This document shows positions 43,712 through 54,222 of a stretch of 64,000 nt of DNA, one piece after another. The stretch is from an uncultured bacterium (GTDB lineage Bacteria; Babelota; Babeliae; Babelales; Vermiphilaceae), in the NCBI GenBank assembly GCA_963702025.1, contig OY969699.1, positions 800,001-864,000 of the forward strand, written 5' to 3'. How positions within the stretch are numbered: the first letter of the stretch is position 1; every line of letters begins with the position of its first letter. The notes beneath the pieces were generated by a model. That model ran no database searches. It was not told where the DNA came from and saw only the letters and a list, made by a program, of their open reading frames with translations. The position numbers and the translations under genes were made by a program.

Positions 43712-44299
43712 ATGAAATCTCTTAAATATAGCATGCTAGTGCTTTTAGGCTGTTCATTAACATCGGGATTATATTCAACAACGGCGGATGTTAAATTAGC
43801 TGCAGAGAAACTACGTAGTGATTTTGATAATCTTGGTGAAGCAATAAAAACCTCAACACAAGAGCAAGCAAATGCAACGATAACTAAAATGAAAACTTGG
43901 GTTCAACAGCAAGAAGATATCTTCAGGAATGCACAAGCAAAATTGCAAGGTGATATTGAACAAACACGAGAAACTACAAAAGCTAAAATTAATGCAATAG
44001 CAAACGCTGTTGAAACGGATGATGAGGCGAAAGCTAATGCCCTTCTAAAGCAGTTGGATACTGAGATAAATTCAAACTTACAAAAATTACAAGAATCCGC
44101 AAAAGCAATACAGGATAAGGTTGAAGCTGCGCAAACTGAGGTAAAAACAAAATGGAGCAAGGGATTAGAAGAGTTAAAAGCGAAAAATCAAAGTAACCTA
44201 AAAAAATTCAATGATTCACTCAATGAAACAAAGAGTTATTTTAGGGGTTTTAGAGATATCATCAAAAGAAATGTCGCGAAACACTTAATAGAAGAATAA
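43712..44299 (+). CDS. Secreted amphipathic helical protein
   Basis: AAGGAG SD, signal peptide, A/K/E/Q-rich helices. Confidence 0.8.
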   Translation: MKSLKYSMLVLLGCSLTSGLYSTTADVKLAAEKLRSDFDNLGEAIKTSTQEQANATITKMKTWVQQQEDIFRNAQAKLQGDIEQTRETTKAKINAIANAVETDDEAKANALLKQLDTEINSNLQKLQESAKAIQDKVEAAQTEVKTKWSKGLEELKAKNQSNLKKFNDSLNETKSYFRGFRDIIKRNVAKHLIEE

Positions 44300-44347
44300 G
44301 ACTAATTCTTAAAACAGCTCGTTCTGGCTCATTCAAAAACCTTAACA

Positions 44348-44379
44348 AGAAGCCTTTGAAAGTTTTCAAAGGCTTCTTT
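44348..44379. terminator. Bidirectional terminator
   Basis: agaagcctttgaa-agtt-ttcaaaggcttct between convergent genes. Confidence 0.8.
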
Positions 44380-44390
44380 CAATTCAAAAT

Positions 44391-44957
44391 TTACGAGTTA
44401 AATTTGCAACACAACTGTTCACGATAAATCGTCTTGAGCCAAGAAATAACTGACAATTGGGCATCATCTATATCCTGGACAGTATTAAATTCCTGTTCGC
44501 CAACCGATTCATCAGTAAGATTTCCTACTACTACGCGAAGATTCTTTACTTGATTAAGCAATTGTTTTAACAATGATTCAATTTCATCAAGACGTTTTAA
44601 CGTTTTATGACAACACTGCTGGGATTCGTGGTGTTCTTGTTCAAGATGGTTCACCAATTCTTGTAATATCTGGGCGATCAAGAGTTCAAACTGATCAATA
44701 CGTGCAAGGATTTTGTCACAGCACTCCTTTGAATGTTGCCCCTCATTAACGGTCAAACTCAGAACAAAATTTTGAATTTGTTCCGCAATTTGATTTAATA
44801 CGCCAATTGATTTTTTGATAGACAGAATTGGATCTGAACTAATGTGCTCAAGCTCGTCTTTTTCTTTTTTGGTAAGTCGGCTTTCAGGCACTGTGGCAGA
44901 ACCAATGATGGCCATCATTAATCCTAAACAAATTATCCCGAAACGAATCATTTTCAT
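44391..44957 (-). CDS. Secreted coiled-coil protein with Cys-Cys motifs
   Basis: AAGGAG SD, signal peptide, ECC/QCC/LCC. Confidence 0.75.
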   Translation of the reverse strand: MKMIRFGIICLGLMMAIIGSATVPESRLTKKEKDELEHISSDPILSIKKSIGVLNQIAEQIQNFVLSLTVNEGQHSKECCDKILARIDQFELLIAQILQELVNHLEQEHHESQQCCHKTLKRLDEIESLLKQLLNQVKNLRVVVGNLTDESVGEQEFNTVQDIDDAQLSVISWLKTIYREQLCCKFNS

Positions 44958-45072
44958 ATTGTTATCTCCTTGTAACTAAGATTTAAAAACTATACCTATT
45001 GTTACAAAGAAATTCACGCAAAAGTCAATAGACCTTATGCGTAATTATTTTAATAAAAAAGGTATGCTTAGC

Positions 45073-45184
45073 GCGCTCGCCCTGAGTGCCGCTCGCAGAG
45101 CGGTGTATCGAAGGGTTATTATGATTTAAATTTTTCAAATTATGGTTCGATACGATTGCTTCGCAATCACTCACCACGAGCGGT
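45073..45184. repeat. Inverted pair of REP-like hairpins
   Basis: cgctcgccctgagt..tatcgaagggt / atggttcgatacgattgcttcgcaatcactcaccacgagcgg. Confidence 0.85.
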
Positions 45185-45239
45185 TTCTGGCGAATTCATT
45201 TTTTACGCAGCTTATTGCACATAAGGTTTAATAAATAGG

Positions 45240-46301
45240 TTATGACGCCAAAACATCAATCCAGAGCTCATTTAATTCTTGATCAGAAATAACGTCCCTA
45301 AAAAAATCAAGCTTTTGCCAAGGCACTGCAGGACAGAATTTTTCTTGACCTGTTACTGATACATCGGAAAGTGGCGAACAAAAACCAAACATATCGGTGT
45401 GATGCATAATCACTTCAGGTCTATACAAATAATTAATAAACTCATAGATCAAATCATCTTTGGTTGTTGTTTTGGGTATAGCAAGAGAATCAATAATTAA
45501 AAAAGTTCCTTCTTGAGGAATAATCATGCCAAAATTAGGGTGTTCCCTGCTCAACCGCCATAATTCCGGACTAATAATTACCCCAAAATTACAACTCTTA
45601 CTTTGTAATAAATTATCGGATCGCGCCAATGAATAGACATCAACGCTCTTTTTTTGCTCAATCAATAACTGCTTTACCTGCTCACGTGCATGCGCATCCT
45701 TTAAGGCATCTATGGATCCAAAAAGATACTGAGCGGCTATCATTATTGCTTCACGCGGATCATCGGTCATACAAACGCGTACATTTTTTTCAACTGGCGG
45801 GAACAACAACGACCAACTATTTTTAATCTCGTTTGGCTGATCGAGTGCATCATACCCAACGCCATATATTCCCCAATAATAGGGCACTGAATATTTATTT
45901 TCAGGATCAGCGTACGTTGCGCGCAATTGCGGATTTAAGCGTTCAAAGAATGGGATCTTTTGCTTGTCGATATTCTTGAGTAATCCCTGCTTAATCAACA
46001 TCTGCAATGAATGGTCATCAGGCAAAATAATATCGTAACCGGCCCCTTTGGTTGCTGCCAACTTACTCAATAGTGCCGAACCATTTTCAAAATAGGTTAT
46101 GTATAATTTTATTCCCGTTTGTTGTTCAAATTTTTTCAGATAGATTGGATCGAGCAAAAGGGGCCAAGTGAAAACTGTTAAACTTTTTTCTTGAAAAAAA
46201 TGGTTCCCGATAGTCGGCAGCATGAGTATCATGCAAATTATTGCGGTCCAAAACAAACAAATTATGGATCGAATCACTATTTTGGCTATTGATACATTCA
46301 T
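45240..46301 (-). CDS. potD: Spermidine/putrescine ABC substrate-binding protein
   Basis: FEQQTGIK, YDIILP, YSVPYYWG, PQEG, FINYL. Confidence 0.88.
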   Translation of the reverse strand: MNVSIAKIVIRSIICLFWTAIICMILMLPTIGNHFFQEKSLTVFTWPLLLDPIYLKKFEQQTGIKLYITYFENGSALLSKLAATKGAGYDIILPDDHSLQMLIKQGLLKNIDKQKIPFFERLNPQLRATYADPENKYSVPYYWGIYGVGYDALDQPNEIKNSWSLLFPPVEKNVRVCMTDDPREAIMIAAQYLFGSIDALKDAHAREQVKQLLIEQKKSVDVYSLARSDNLLQSKSCNFGVIISPELWRLSREHPNFGMIIPQEGTFLIIDSLAIPKTTTKDDLIYEFINYLYRPEVIMHHTDMFGFCSPLSDVSVTGQEKFCPAVPWQKLDFFRDVISDQELNELWIDVLAS

Positions 46302-47089
46302 TGTAATAAATCCGCTTTTTTAATTTTTAAGGATGAAAAAATAAGAACCAGCGCGCTACTCACCACCAATAAAATAGTTGATAACGCATTCACGATCGGC
46401 GTTGCACCGGAACGAATGGCTACAAAAATATAAATCGGAAGGGTTTGCGTGGAACCACCAGTACAAAAAAATGAAATAAGAAAATCATCCAGCGAAAGAA
46501 CAAATACCAAAAGAGATGATGCTAAAATAGCCGGCAATAATAAGGGGATCATGATAAAACGCAGCGACTGCCCTTCGGTAGCTCCCAAATCAAGCGATGC
46601 TTCCATATATTTTTTATCAAGTTCATCAAACCGCGATTGCAATATAGGAACAACATAGCCAAGGCCAATCAGCGTATGCCCTGCTATTAATGTTGTTAAG
46701 CCAAGCGGTACGGAAAAAAACGCAAATAAACTGAGCAATCCGACAGCAATAACAATTTCGGGTGTTGCCAAGCTTGCATAAAAACCAATAAAAAAACGAT
46801 GCAAAAAATTTTTCCAGCTATAAAAAACGTACAGCAAACCCAAGGTAATACTTAAAACTACCGATGAAAAAGCAACAATCAAAGAATTTTTTAATGCGTG
46901 CCAAATATCATTCGATGCCCAGAGCGCATGATACCATTTTAAAGAAAATCCTTCCCAGGCAAACGGCAAATCGGAACTATTAAATGAGAAAATTACTAAA
47001 ATAATGATCGGTATATACAAAAATAAATAAACACATATCGCCAATACCGGTAACAAATAGGTAAGAAATGCACTTCGTGATCGTACCAT
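46298..47089 (-). CDS. potC: Polyamine ABC permease
   Basis: FLYIPI..FSFN, EASLDLGA, SLDDF. Confidence 0.92.
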   Translation of the reverse strand: MVRSRSAFLTYLLPVLAICVYLFLYIPIIILVIFSFNSSDLPFAWEGFSLKWYHALWASNDIWHALKNSLIVAFSSVVLSITLGLLYVFYSWKNFLHRFFIGFYASLATPEIVIAVGLLSLFAFFSVPLGLTTLIAGHTLIGLGYVVPILQSRFDELDKKYMEASLDLGATEGQSLRFIMIPLLLPAILASSLLVFVLSLDDFLISFFCTGGSTQTLPIYIFVAIRSGATPIVNALSTILLVVSSALVLIFSSLKIKKADLLQ

Positions 47090-47968
47090 TTACATTTTTC
47101 CTTTTGCAGTTGGATTACCCATACATTTTTTAAAAAAGAGATACAATAAGCCAACTGCTGCCAATAATATAATACTGCTAATACAGGTAAATGCTGCACC
47201 CAACGCAGGATTTCGAGCAGATAAAAAGTATTGCATAATTAAAGGACCAACAAAAAGCTGCTTGCCCCCGCCCAAGAGAATAGGAACTACCAACTCACCA
47301 AAGGAAGGCACAAAAACCAGAAAGAAACCGGTTCTAATGCCCGCCATTGAAAGTGGAACGGTAACGCGGATAAATGTTTGCCACTGTGTTGCCCCCAAAT
47401 CTGCCGCTGCTTCAAACACGCGGCGATCAATTTTTTCAAGGGCACTATACAATGGCATAATCATGAATGGCAAATAACAGTAGACCATTACCAGATAAAT
47501 GGCGAACGTATTATTGAGCAAATGGAGAGGCTGCTGAATCATGCCAAGTTTTAAAAGTATTGTATTCAGTAATCCATTATGCTCTAAAACAAAAAACCAT
47601 GAATAGACCTGCACCATTAAACTGGTCCAAAATGGCAAAATTAAAAAAAATAAAAAAAGATTTTTGAATCTATTAATTTTTATCGCCAAACAATATGCCA
47701 CCGGATAGGCGCACAATAGACACAAAATGCCATTAACCAGGCCCAAAAGCAGTGACCTTAGAATCACTAAAAAAAAGCTCGGACTTAAAAAATAAATATA
47801 GTTTTCAAGCGTTGCGGTGGGAAATCCACCAGATACTCCCACCCGAAAAAAACTGATTAAGAAAATAAGGGCAACCGGGATATAAAAAAAAAGCACTTGC
47901 CATGTAACGGCGGGTACCGCCCAAAAAAACGAAGATTCTTTTGCAACTATTTTTTTAATGCTACTCAT
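47090..47968 (-). CDS. potB: Polyamine ABC permease
   Basis: LPFWTS, YLPFMIMPLY, EAAADLGA. Confidence 0.92.
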   Translation of the reverse strand: MSSIKKIVAKESSFFWAVPAVTWQVLFFYIPVALIFLISFFRVGVSGGFPTATLENYIYFLSPSFFLVILRSLLLGLVNGILCLLCAYPVAYCLAIKINRFKNLFLFFLILPFWTSLMVQVYSWFFVLEHNGLLNTILLKLGMIQQPLHLLNNTFAIYLVMVYCYLPFMIMPLYSALEKIDRRVFEAAADLGATQWQTFIRVTVPLSMAGIRTGFFLVFVPSFGELVVPILLGGGKQLFVGPLIMQYFLSARNPALGAAFTCISSIILLAAVGLLYLFFKKCMGNPTAKGKM

Positions 47969-47970
47969 CG

Positions 47971-49062
47971 TTATTTTTCCAATAAGACTACGTTTTCTTT
48001 TTGCCAATACAGATATACCGTATCATCATAATCAATAATTTCTTTAGGAAAATGCTCCTCATTTTGCTCAAAAACCTGAATCACTTGATTATTAGCTAAA
48101 CGCACGTTGTATTGCGTTGACCTGCCATGATACACAATAGAGGCAACAACGCCCTGCAATGAATTTGAAAAGCCCTCAAGCGGACTCTTACTGATATCTA
48201 TTTTTTCGGGCCGCACACTCATAAGAGCATGAGCACCCTCTTTTGCCCATTCTTTTTGTTTTGGGATAACCAGTTCGCACGCACCAACTCCCTCAACTTC
48301 CAACCATTGTTTATCATCAGTAATGCGCAAAATACCTTTAAAAATATTGGTTGAGCCAACAAATTGCGCCACAAACGAGGAAATGGGAAATTCATAAATT
48401 TCTTTTGGTGTTCCAATTTGCTCAATTTGCCCGTCAGGATTCATAATCGCCATGGTATCAGCCACCGTTAATGCTTCAAATTGATCATGGGTCACATACA
48501 CAAAAGTGGTATTTAAACTACTTTGCAAATCAATAAGTTCAAGCAAAATCCGCTCACGTGATTTAAGATCAAGCGCAGCCAATGGTTCATCAAGGAGCAA
48601 AACTTCCGGCTCATTAATGATGGCTCGCGCCAATGCTACGCGCTGCTGCTGCCCGCCAGATAATTGTTGAATCGATTTATATAAATGTTTTTCCAAATGT
48701 ACTGTTTTAACTATTTTGGCAACTTTTTGTTGAACAACCTCTTCGGGTACTTTGCGGATCCTTTGGCTAAAGGCTATGTTATCGTACACATTTAAATGGG
48801 GAAACAAAGCATAGCTTTGAAACACCGTATTGATATGCCGCTCATTGATCGGAACGTGAGTAATATCTTTATCGCCCAAAATTATTCTGCCCTCATCAAC
48901 CTCTTCAAAACCGGCAATAAGCCGCAAAATGGTAGTTTTACCACTACCACTGGGCCCCAATAAGGCAAAAATCTTTCCACCCGGAATTGTTAAATTTAGA
49001 TTCTCAAGGATAACTTCGCCATTAAAACGCTTGGTAATATTTTCTAATCTAATGCTTCTCAT
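47971..49062 (-). CDS. potA: Polyamine ABC ATPase
   Basis: GPSGSGKTT, VFQSYALFPH, LSGGQQQR, TOBE tail. Confidence 0.95.
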   Translation of the reverse strand: MRSIRLENITKRFNGEVILENLNLTIPGGKIFALLGPSGSGKTTILRLIAGFEEVDEGRIILGDKDITHVPINERHINTVFQSYALFPHLNVYDNIAFSQRIRKVPEEVVQQKVAKIVKTVHLEKHLYKSIQQLSGGQQQRVALARAIINEPEVLLLDEPLAALDLKSRERILLELIDLQSSLNTTFVYVTHDQFEALTVADTMAIMNPDGQIEQIGTPKEIYEFPISSFVAQFVGSTNIFKGILRITDDKQWLEVEGVGACELVIPKQKEWAKEGAHALMSVRPEKIDISKSPLEGFSNSLQGVVASIVYHGRSTQYNVRLANNQVIQVFEQNEEHFPKEIIDYDDTVYLYWQKENVVLLEK

Positions 49063-49756
49063 TTTTTCGCGCCATCCTTGCGTATGCTATAGGGACCACC
49101 ACATCCGATAATGTGCAGGGGATCACCACAGCCATGATAATAAAGAGAAAAACAAATCCAATACTGGCGTACCAGTCTATAAACCCATGCGACACTAAGT
49201 AAAACGTGGAAGCAAGGGAGCTCACAAAAATATGAATAAAGTGAGAAAAGATAGAATACACTTTTTGATTTTCATCACGATGCTTGCTCATCACAAATCC
49301 ATTGAGAATACCTACAAAGAGAAATGGCAGCACATTGGAAAGCTCAGTAAAAAAGCACAGATGAAAACTCATGTTAACGCCCAAGGCGCGTCCTCCCAAA
49401 TAGGGCAATATCGAGTCGGATAAGGTACAAAAAAGAACCGGCGACCAAATACCAACAAGTAAAGCAGGAAAAAGATCTTTGCAAAACCGGCGAAAAGTTA
49501 TAATGGTGCCCGTAGCAGCAAACACAATATGCATAAAGTGAAAGCTGTGAAAAAGCATGAGCGCACCCTTGTGGGCTATCTGCTTATCAATATTTATTAA
49601 CGCGAGCGTAACAAAACTTAAAATTATCAATGAAAAGGCAACAGAAAAAATTGCATAGGGCAGATGATGAAAGAGCTCACTTTTCAAGGTATGCTTATGA
49701 TCATGGTAATGGTCGTGGTCATGATCGTGGTTATGATGGTCCATTAATATCCCCAA
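49049..49756 (-). CDS. His-rich polytopic membrane protein
   Basis: DH repeats at N-terminus, ~6 TM with HSFHFMH and HFIH. Confidence 0.75.
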   Translation of the reverse strand: MGILMDHHNHDHDHDHYHDHKHTLKSELFHHLPYAIFSVAFSLIILSFVTLALINIDKQIAHKGALMLFHSFHFMHIVFAATGTIITFRRFCKDLFPALLVGIWSPVLFCTLSDSILPYLGGRALGVNMSFHLCFFTELSNVLPFLFVGILNGFVMSKHRDENQKVYSIFSHFIHIFVSSLASTFYLVSHGFIDWYASIGFVFLFIIMAVVIPCTLSDVVVPIAYARMARKNEKH

Positions 49757-49897
49757 ATAACGGTGATTGAATAACGATATTTTTAAATTAATCGTTTTTT
49801 CAAATAAATCAAAAAAACAGCGTAAAAATCTAGCATTTTCTTGTTAATTTGTTAACTTGATTCAAATTAATTCAAATTTAACGCGTAAAGGACCATT

Positions 49898-50356
49898 ATG
49901 AACTTAAAATACTCCCTGCTGTTTTTAGCAACTTTTGTTACTAATTCCCCCGCTTTACCTACTTACGAAGAAATCCGCCAACAAGTGGAAGATGAAGCAA
50001 ATCAACAAATAGAGATTGCTAAAGCTACCTTTGAAAAAGATTATACCAGTTCATGTCAAAAACTGTTTTTAAGCAGCGGACTTACCGGCCTTCTTACTGT
50101 TCTTATTTTACGAGATGGAACAAATTTGAGTTATTTATATGGTGCACTTGCGGGAATCTTTGGGTATATCACGTTACTACAACATGCAGAGCTCATGGAA
50201 AAACGACGCGTATGCAACAAAGAAATTCATTATGCAGACCAGGTCTATCACCAAAAACTTGATCATCTGCATACTCGCCATTACCAAAATGATATTGCCA
50301 AGTTTATTGTTAAACGCTTGGAAGAGCTCTTAACAAAGAGTTCGGCTATTCAATAA
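49898..50356 (+). CDS. Hypothetical secreted/membrane protein
   Basis: Signal peptide, two-TM hairpin. Confidence 0.7.
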   Translation: MNLKYSLLFLATFVTNSPALPTYEEIRQQVEDEANQQIEIAKATFEKDYTSSCQKLFLSSGLTGLLTVLILRDGTNLSYLYGALAGIFGYITLLQHAELMEKRRVCNKEIHYADQVYHQKLDHLHTRHYQNDIAKFIVKRLEELLTKSSAIQ

Positions 50357-50624
50357 TACGCAGTGCGCCACGATAATCTTTTACCTTTACAAAAGGCTCG
50401 ATATTTGGTGCCTGAGCACCCAGAAGCGCCGCTTCTTTATGAATTAGATCCACAAACTTATCAACATCTTCTTTGGTGCCACAAGCGATTATCTTCACCT
50501 CGCTTTGGGTAGCAATATATTGAATGGTTCCTTCAATATTAAGCTTTGCCCCCTTTTTTTGGATCTCGTGCACAAAAGAATCCTGGCTTGCACCCATAAT
50601 TGAAATTTTGAGACATTTCTTCAT
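50346..50624 (-). CDS. Acylphosphatase-fold protein, catalytic motifs degenerate
   Basis: KISIMG..., LNIEGTIQ, EVKIIACG..DVDKF; no VQGVGFR/N motifs. Confidence 0.6.
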   Translation of the reverse strand: MKKCLKISIMGASQDSFVHEIQKKGAKLNIEGTIQYIATQSEVKIIACGTKEDVDKFVDLIHKEAALLGAQAPNIEPFVKVKDYRGALRIIE

Positions 50625-50748
50625 ACTCCTAACTCCTTCTTTTTTGATCGATGCTAGCAAAATAGCCTCTTTCCTGTCAAAAAAACTTATTTATTAAAAG
50701 AAAAGCGGCCTTAGTAGACGAAAAATTAAATCAAAAGTAGAATTAAGG

Positions 50749-52197
50749 ATGTCTTTAAACTTTACGGATACCATGAATATAAATACCCCAATTCGCGTTC
50801 GCTTTGCCCCATCGCCCACCGGCCTCATGCACTTGGGCAACGTGCGCACCGCCTTAATGAACTATCTTTTTGCCCAACAAAAAAAAGGCACTTTTATCAT
50901 TCGTATAGAAGATACTGATACCCAGCGCAACTATGATCCGCAAGCCACCAAAATTATTGCTGATTTAACGTGGCTCGGTCTTGATTATCAAGAAGGGCCC
51001 ATCAAAGGTGGCCCATATGCCCCCTACTTTCAAACGCAACGCACTGAAATTTACCAAGAATATATTAAAAAATTGGAAGATAAAAAATTAGTATATCGTT
51101 GTTTCTGCACTCCGGAAGAGCTGGAAAAAAGGCGTCAACGGCAATTAGCGCTTAAGCTCCCGCCACGCTATGATCGCACCTGCCTCAAACTTACACCCGA
51201 GGAAATTGAGCAACTGCTCAAAGAGAAAAAACCATTTATCCTCCGTGTCCAACTTGATCAATCCGGATCAATTAGTATTCATGATTTGGCACATGGCACC
51301 ATCACCTTTGAATTTAAAAATTTCTCCGATTTTCCCATTACCCGGGCTGATGGTTCTGTTACCTTTATTTTTGCCAATTTTGTTGATGACTTGGTGATGA
51401 AAATTACTCATGTGATCCGTGGTGAGGATCATCTGACCAACACTGCCAACCAAGCGGCACTCTATGAAATTTTTAATGCACCGATTCCAACCTTTTGGCA
51501 CTTGCCCATTTTGTGCAATGCCGAAGGTAAAAAATTATCCAAGCGTGACTTTGGCTTTTCATTAACCGATTTAATGGATGCGGGTTACTTGCATGAGGCA
51601 ATTGATAATTATCTGGCAATAATCGGCGGCGGTGTTTTTGAACAAGAAATTATGAATTTGAATGAGTTGGCACAAAAATTAAATTTTGATCATATACATT
51701 CAACCGGCCATGTCCGCTATGATGTGGAAAAATTACGCTGGCTCAACCATAAATGGATAGCAAAACTTTCGCCACAAGATTTAATGGAACGGTGCTTACC
51801 TTTCTTGGTCAAATCCTACCCGCAGGCCGAGAAACTAAGCCGCGATACATTGATAACACTTATTCAAGCCATTAAAACTGATTTGCAGACACTTGCTGAT
51901 ATCAGCACCGCATTATCATTTATTTTCCATGCACCGGTTATTGATAAATCAATTCTCACGCCGGAACATATTGCCGTTGCAACCATAGTAAAAAATCATC
52001 TTGATCAGATTGCCAAGCCGGAAGAATTTGTTGCTACACTCAAACAAGAAGCAAAAAAACAAAATATTCCCCTCAGCCAACTATTCTGGTTTTTGCGTAT
52101 GGCATTGATTGGCAAAGAACATGGTCCGGCAATTCATGAATTGATTGCAATGCTGGGGGCTCAAGAAGCACGAGCCCGAATTGAGAAATTATTATAA
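50749..52197 (+). CDS. gltX: Glutamate--tRNA ligase
   Basis: RFAPSPTG.MHLGN, RIEDTD, KLSKR. Confidence 0.96.
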   Translation: MSLNFTDTMNINTPIRVRFAPSPTGLMHLGNVRTALMNYLFAQQKKGTFIIRIEDTDTQRNYDPQATKIIADLTWLGLDYQEGPIKGGPYAPYFQTQRTEIYQEYIKKLEDKKLVYRCFCTPEELEKRRQRQLALKLPPRYDRTCLKLTPEEIEQLLKEKKPFILRVQLDQSGSISIHDLAHGTITFEFKNFSDFPITRADGSVTFIFANFVDDLVMKITHVIRGEDHLTNTANQAALYEIFNAPIPTFWHLPILCNAEGKKLSKRDFGFSLTDLMDAGYLHEAIDNYLAIIGGGVFEQEIMNLNELAQKLNFDHIHSTGHVRYDVEKLRWLNHKWIAKLSPQDLMERCLPFLVKSYPQAEKLSRDTLITLIQAIKTDLQTLADISTALSFIFHAPVIDKSILTPEHIAVATIVKNHLDQIAKPEEFVATLKQEAKKQNIPLSQLFWFLRMALIGKEHGPAIHELIAMLGAQEARARIEKLL

Positions 52198-52233
52198 TAA
52201 CGCGAACTCGAGCTAAAAACTTGGGACACAAAT

Positions 52234-53463
52234 CTGAAGTTCGGACATAAATAGAAGAGACTCCTGTTCTGGTGTATTTTTAAAAAAAACAAAGAAACAC
52301 CAAAAACAGGAGAATCATGATTGCCAAAAAAGATATCATAAAAATGATTAATTCGCTAAAAGTATTTAACATTCATGTTGCCGACTTCATCGGATCGATG
52401 ATTTGGGGGTTCCAACAAGCAAAAAAGCTTAGAATTTCCAGCATTTCTGCTGCATCACCCGGCAAGTATGAATCTAACTATAAAAACATCACAAGATCTC
52501 TAAATAAATTAGAAGTTTCTCAGCTTTCAGAAGCTCTTTTGTCATTTCAGGACCAAGCGAGTGATATCCTATTGCTCGATTTTACTGAGATGACTCGAAA
52601 AAATGCTAAACGCACTGCTTATATTGGATATTTAAAAGATGGAGAAACACTTGGCTACAGCATATTGGCACTGAGTGTACCATTCAAAGGAAGATCTAAA
52701 ATAATATTTGCTGATGTAATATCTTCTTCAATCATTGCTGAGAGCGCAACTGGAAAGTGGAAGCTTATTCAAGAAGCTTTACGCCCATTAATTCCTTTGC
52801 TTCAGAGTAAGATAATTGTCATTGATCGTGAACTTTGCAATGAGGAGATGATCAAGTTCTTTCATAAACATCAAATTCATTATTCAATACGCTTAAAAAT
52901 AAGTGCTGGAAAAAACCAAATTATTATTACTGACAAAAAAGGCAGCAGGATTAACATTTCTATTACTCGCGGCTCAAAGAAAAATTGGAAAGGGGTTTAT
53001 TATAAAGGGAAAATCAAAGTAAATATTGCTGCTGAATGGCAAAGCAATATGCCTGAGCCAATGTATATAATTACAGATTGTCAGCCAAGTGAAGGTTTAA
53101 AATACTATAAAAAACGCATGAAAATAGAGGAAAGTTTCAAAGATATAAAAGATAAATTGGGCTTTACAAAAATCATGAATAAAACTTTAGGCAATCTCCT
53201 TAAAATGCTCCTCATTGGATTAATTGCCTACAATCTATTGATTTTGATAGGCGAAATGCTGCGATTACAAGTGCTCACGAAGCGCGAAAGGCTTAAGTTC
53301 AGCGGTTTGCATTTATTGCTTAATATGATTTATTCATATTCTCGATCCAAACTTCGGAAAGCACTACGTCAAGTTGAATTCCATCTGCTTGAAAATAATT
53401 CAGATGATGTTGTTTGGTTAAGAGCCTTTAGGAATTGTTAAAATGAAATTGTCCGAACTTAAG
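52234..53463 (+). mobile_element. Complete IS4-family insertion sequence (1230 bp)
   Basis: TIRs ctgaagttcggaca / tgtccgaacttaag; 8-bp TSD ACACAAAT at 52226-52233 and 53464-53471. Confidence 0.9.
52317..53441 (+). CDS. IS4-family DDE transposase
   Basis: LLDFT, VIDRE, YKKRMKIEESFKDIK (YREK). Confidence 0.9.
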   Translation: MIAKKDIIKMINSLKVFNIHVADFIGSMIWGFQQAKKLRISSISAASPGKYESNYKNITRSLNKLEVSQLSEALLSFQDQASDILLLDFTEMTRKNAKRTAYIGYLKDGETLGYSILALSVPFKGRSKIIFADVISSSIIAESATGKWKLIQEALRPLIPLLQSKIIVIDRELCNEEMIKFFHKHQIHYSIRLKISAGKNQIIITDKKGSRINISITRGSKKNWKGVYYKGKIKVNIAAEWQSNMPEPMYIITDCQPSEGLKYYKKRMKIEESFKDIKDKLGFTKIMNKTLGNLLKMLLIGLIAYNLLILIGEMLRLQVLTKRERLKFSGLHLLLNMIYSYSRSKLRKALRQVEFHLLENNSDDVVWLRAFRNC

Positions 53464-53475
53464 ACACAAATTGGA

Positions 53476-54207
53476 TTAGGCCACAATCTCTTGTCTAAGC
53501 TCTTCTGGCAGTAATTTTATTTGTTCAGCACTAAGTTTATCTTCATTAAAAATAATATATTTAATACAGAGTTTTTTAAGTGAAGGAACCCTTTGAAATC
53601 CATTCGGGCCATGAGCCACTTTGCCACCAACCATTGCCAACATTCCTAATCTATATAACTGATAGTTACAGCGCGGAGAACAATACGGAACTTTTAAAAA
53701 TTTCTCTACCAGTAACGCCAAAGTATCTTCAAAGGTAGTATTATTAGCATTATTCCCCAATTGTTTGCAAACCAATTCTAGATTACATTTATGCTTGGTA
53801 TGAAAAAGTTTAACAATGGAATCTTCTTTTTTATCTTTAACTACCGAATACGGTAAAAGTAATGGAACATAGTTGAAAAAAGGACCTGCTTTTTTTGGAT
53901 CTGTACTTTTGGCTCTCACCCTTACAAATGGATCTGAACGATCAAAAGTTAATAGCAGATCACAAGAATTTTTCATGTCACATAAACTACACATAACGTC
54001 CTCTCTGGTACCACATTGATAAAGCAAATAGTCATCCACTATGCTCAACTCTCCTTTAATGGTTGGATATGCAGTCGCTTCCATGTCCGCATTTTCTTGC
54101 AAATATTCAACAGGAGGCTGTGTATCCACATCAGGAATATTTGGCAGCATTGGCACTATTGCTGGAAAATATGCGGCAAACAAGAATACAAATACTATTT
54201 TCTTCAT
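53476..54207 (-). CDS. Secreted protein: unnamed domain + SOCS/BC-box-like tail
   Basis: Signal peptide; VPSLKKLCIKYI...IKLLPEELRQEI. Confidence 0.8.
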   Translation of the reverse strand: MKKIVFVFLFAAYFPAIVPMLPNIPDVDTQPPVEYLQENADMEATAYPTIKGELSIVDDYLLYQCGTREDVMCSLCDMKNSCDLLLTFDRSDPFVRVRAKSTDPKKAGPFFNYVPLLLPYSVVKDKKEDSIVKLFHTKHKCNLELVCKQLGNNANNTTFEDTLALLVEKFLKVPYCSPRCNYQLYRLGMLAMVGGKVAHGPNGFQRVPSLKKLCIKYIIFNEDKLSAEQIKLLPEELRQEIVA

Positions 54208-54222
54208 GACAATCTTCTTTTA

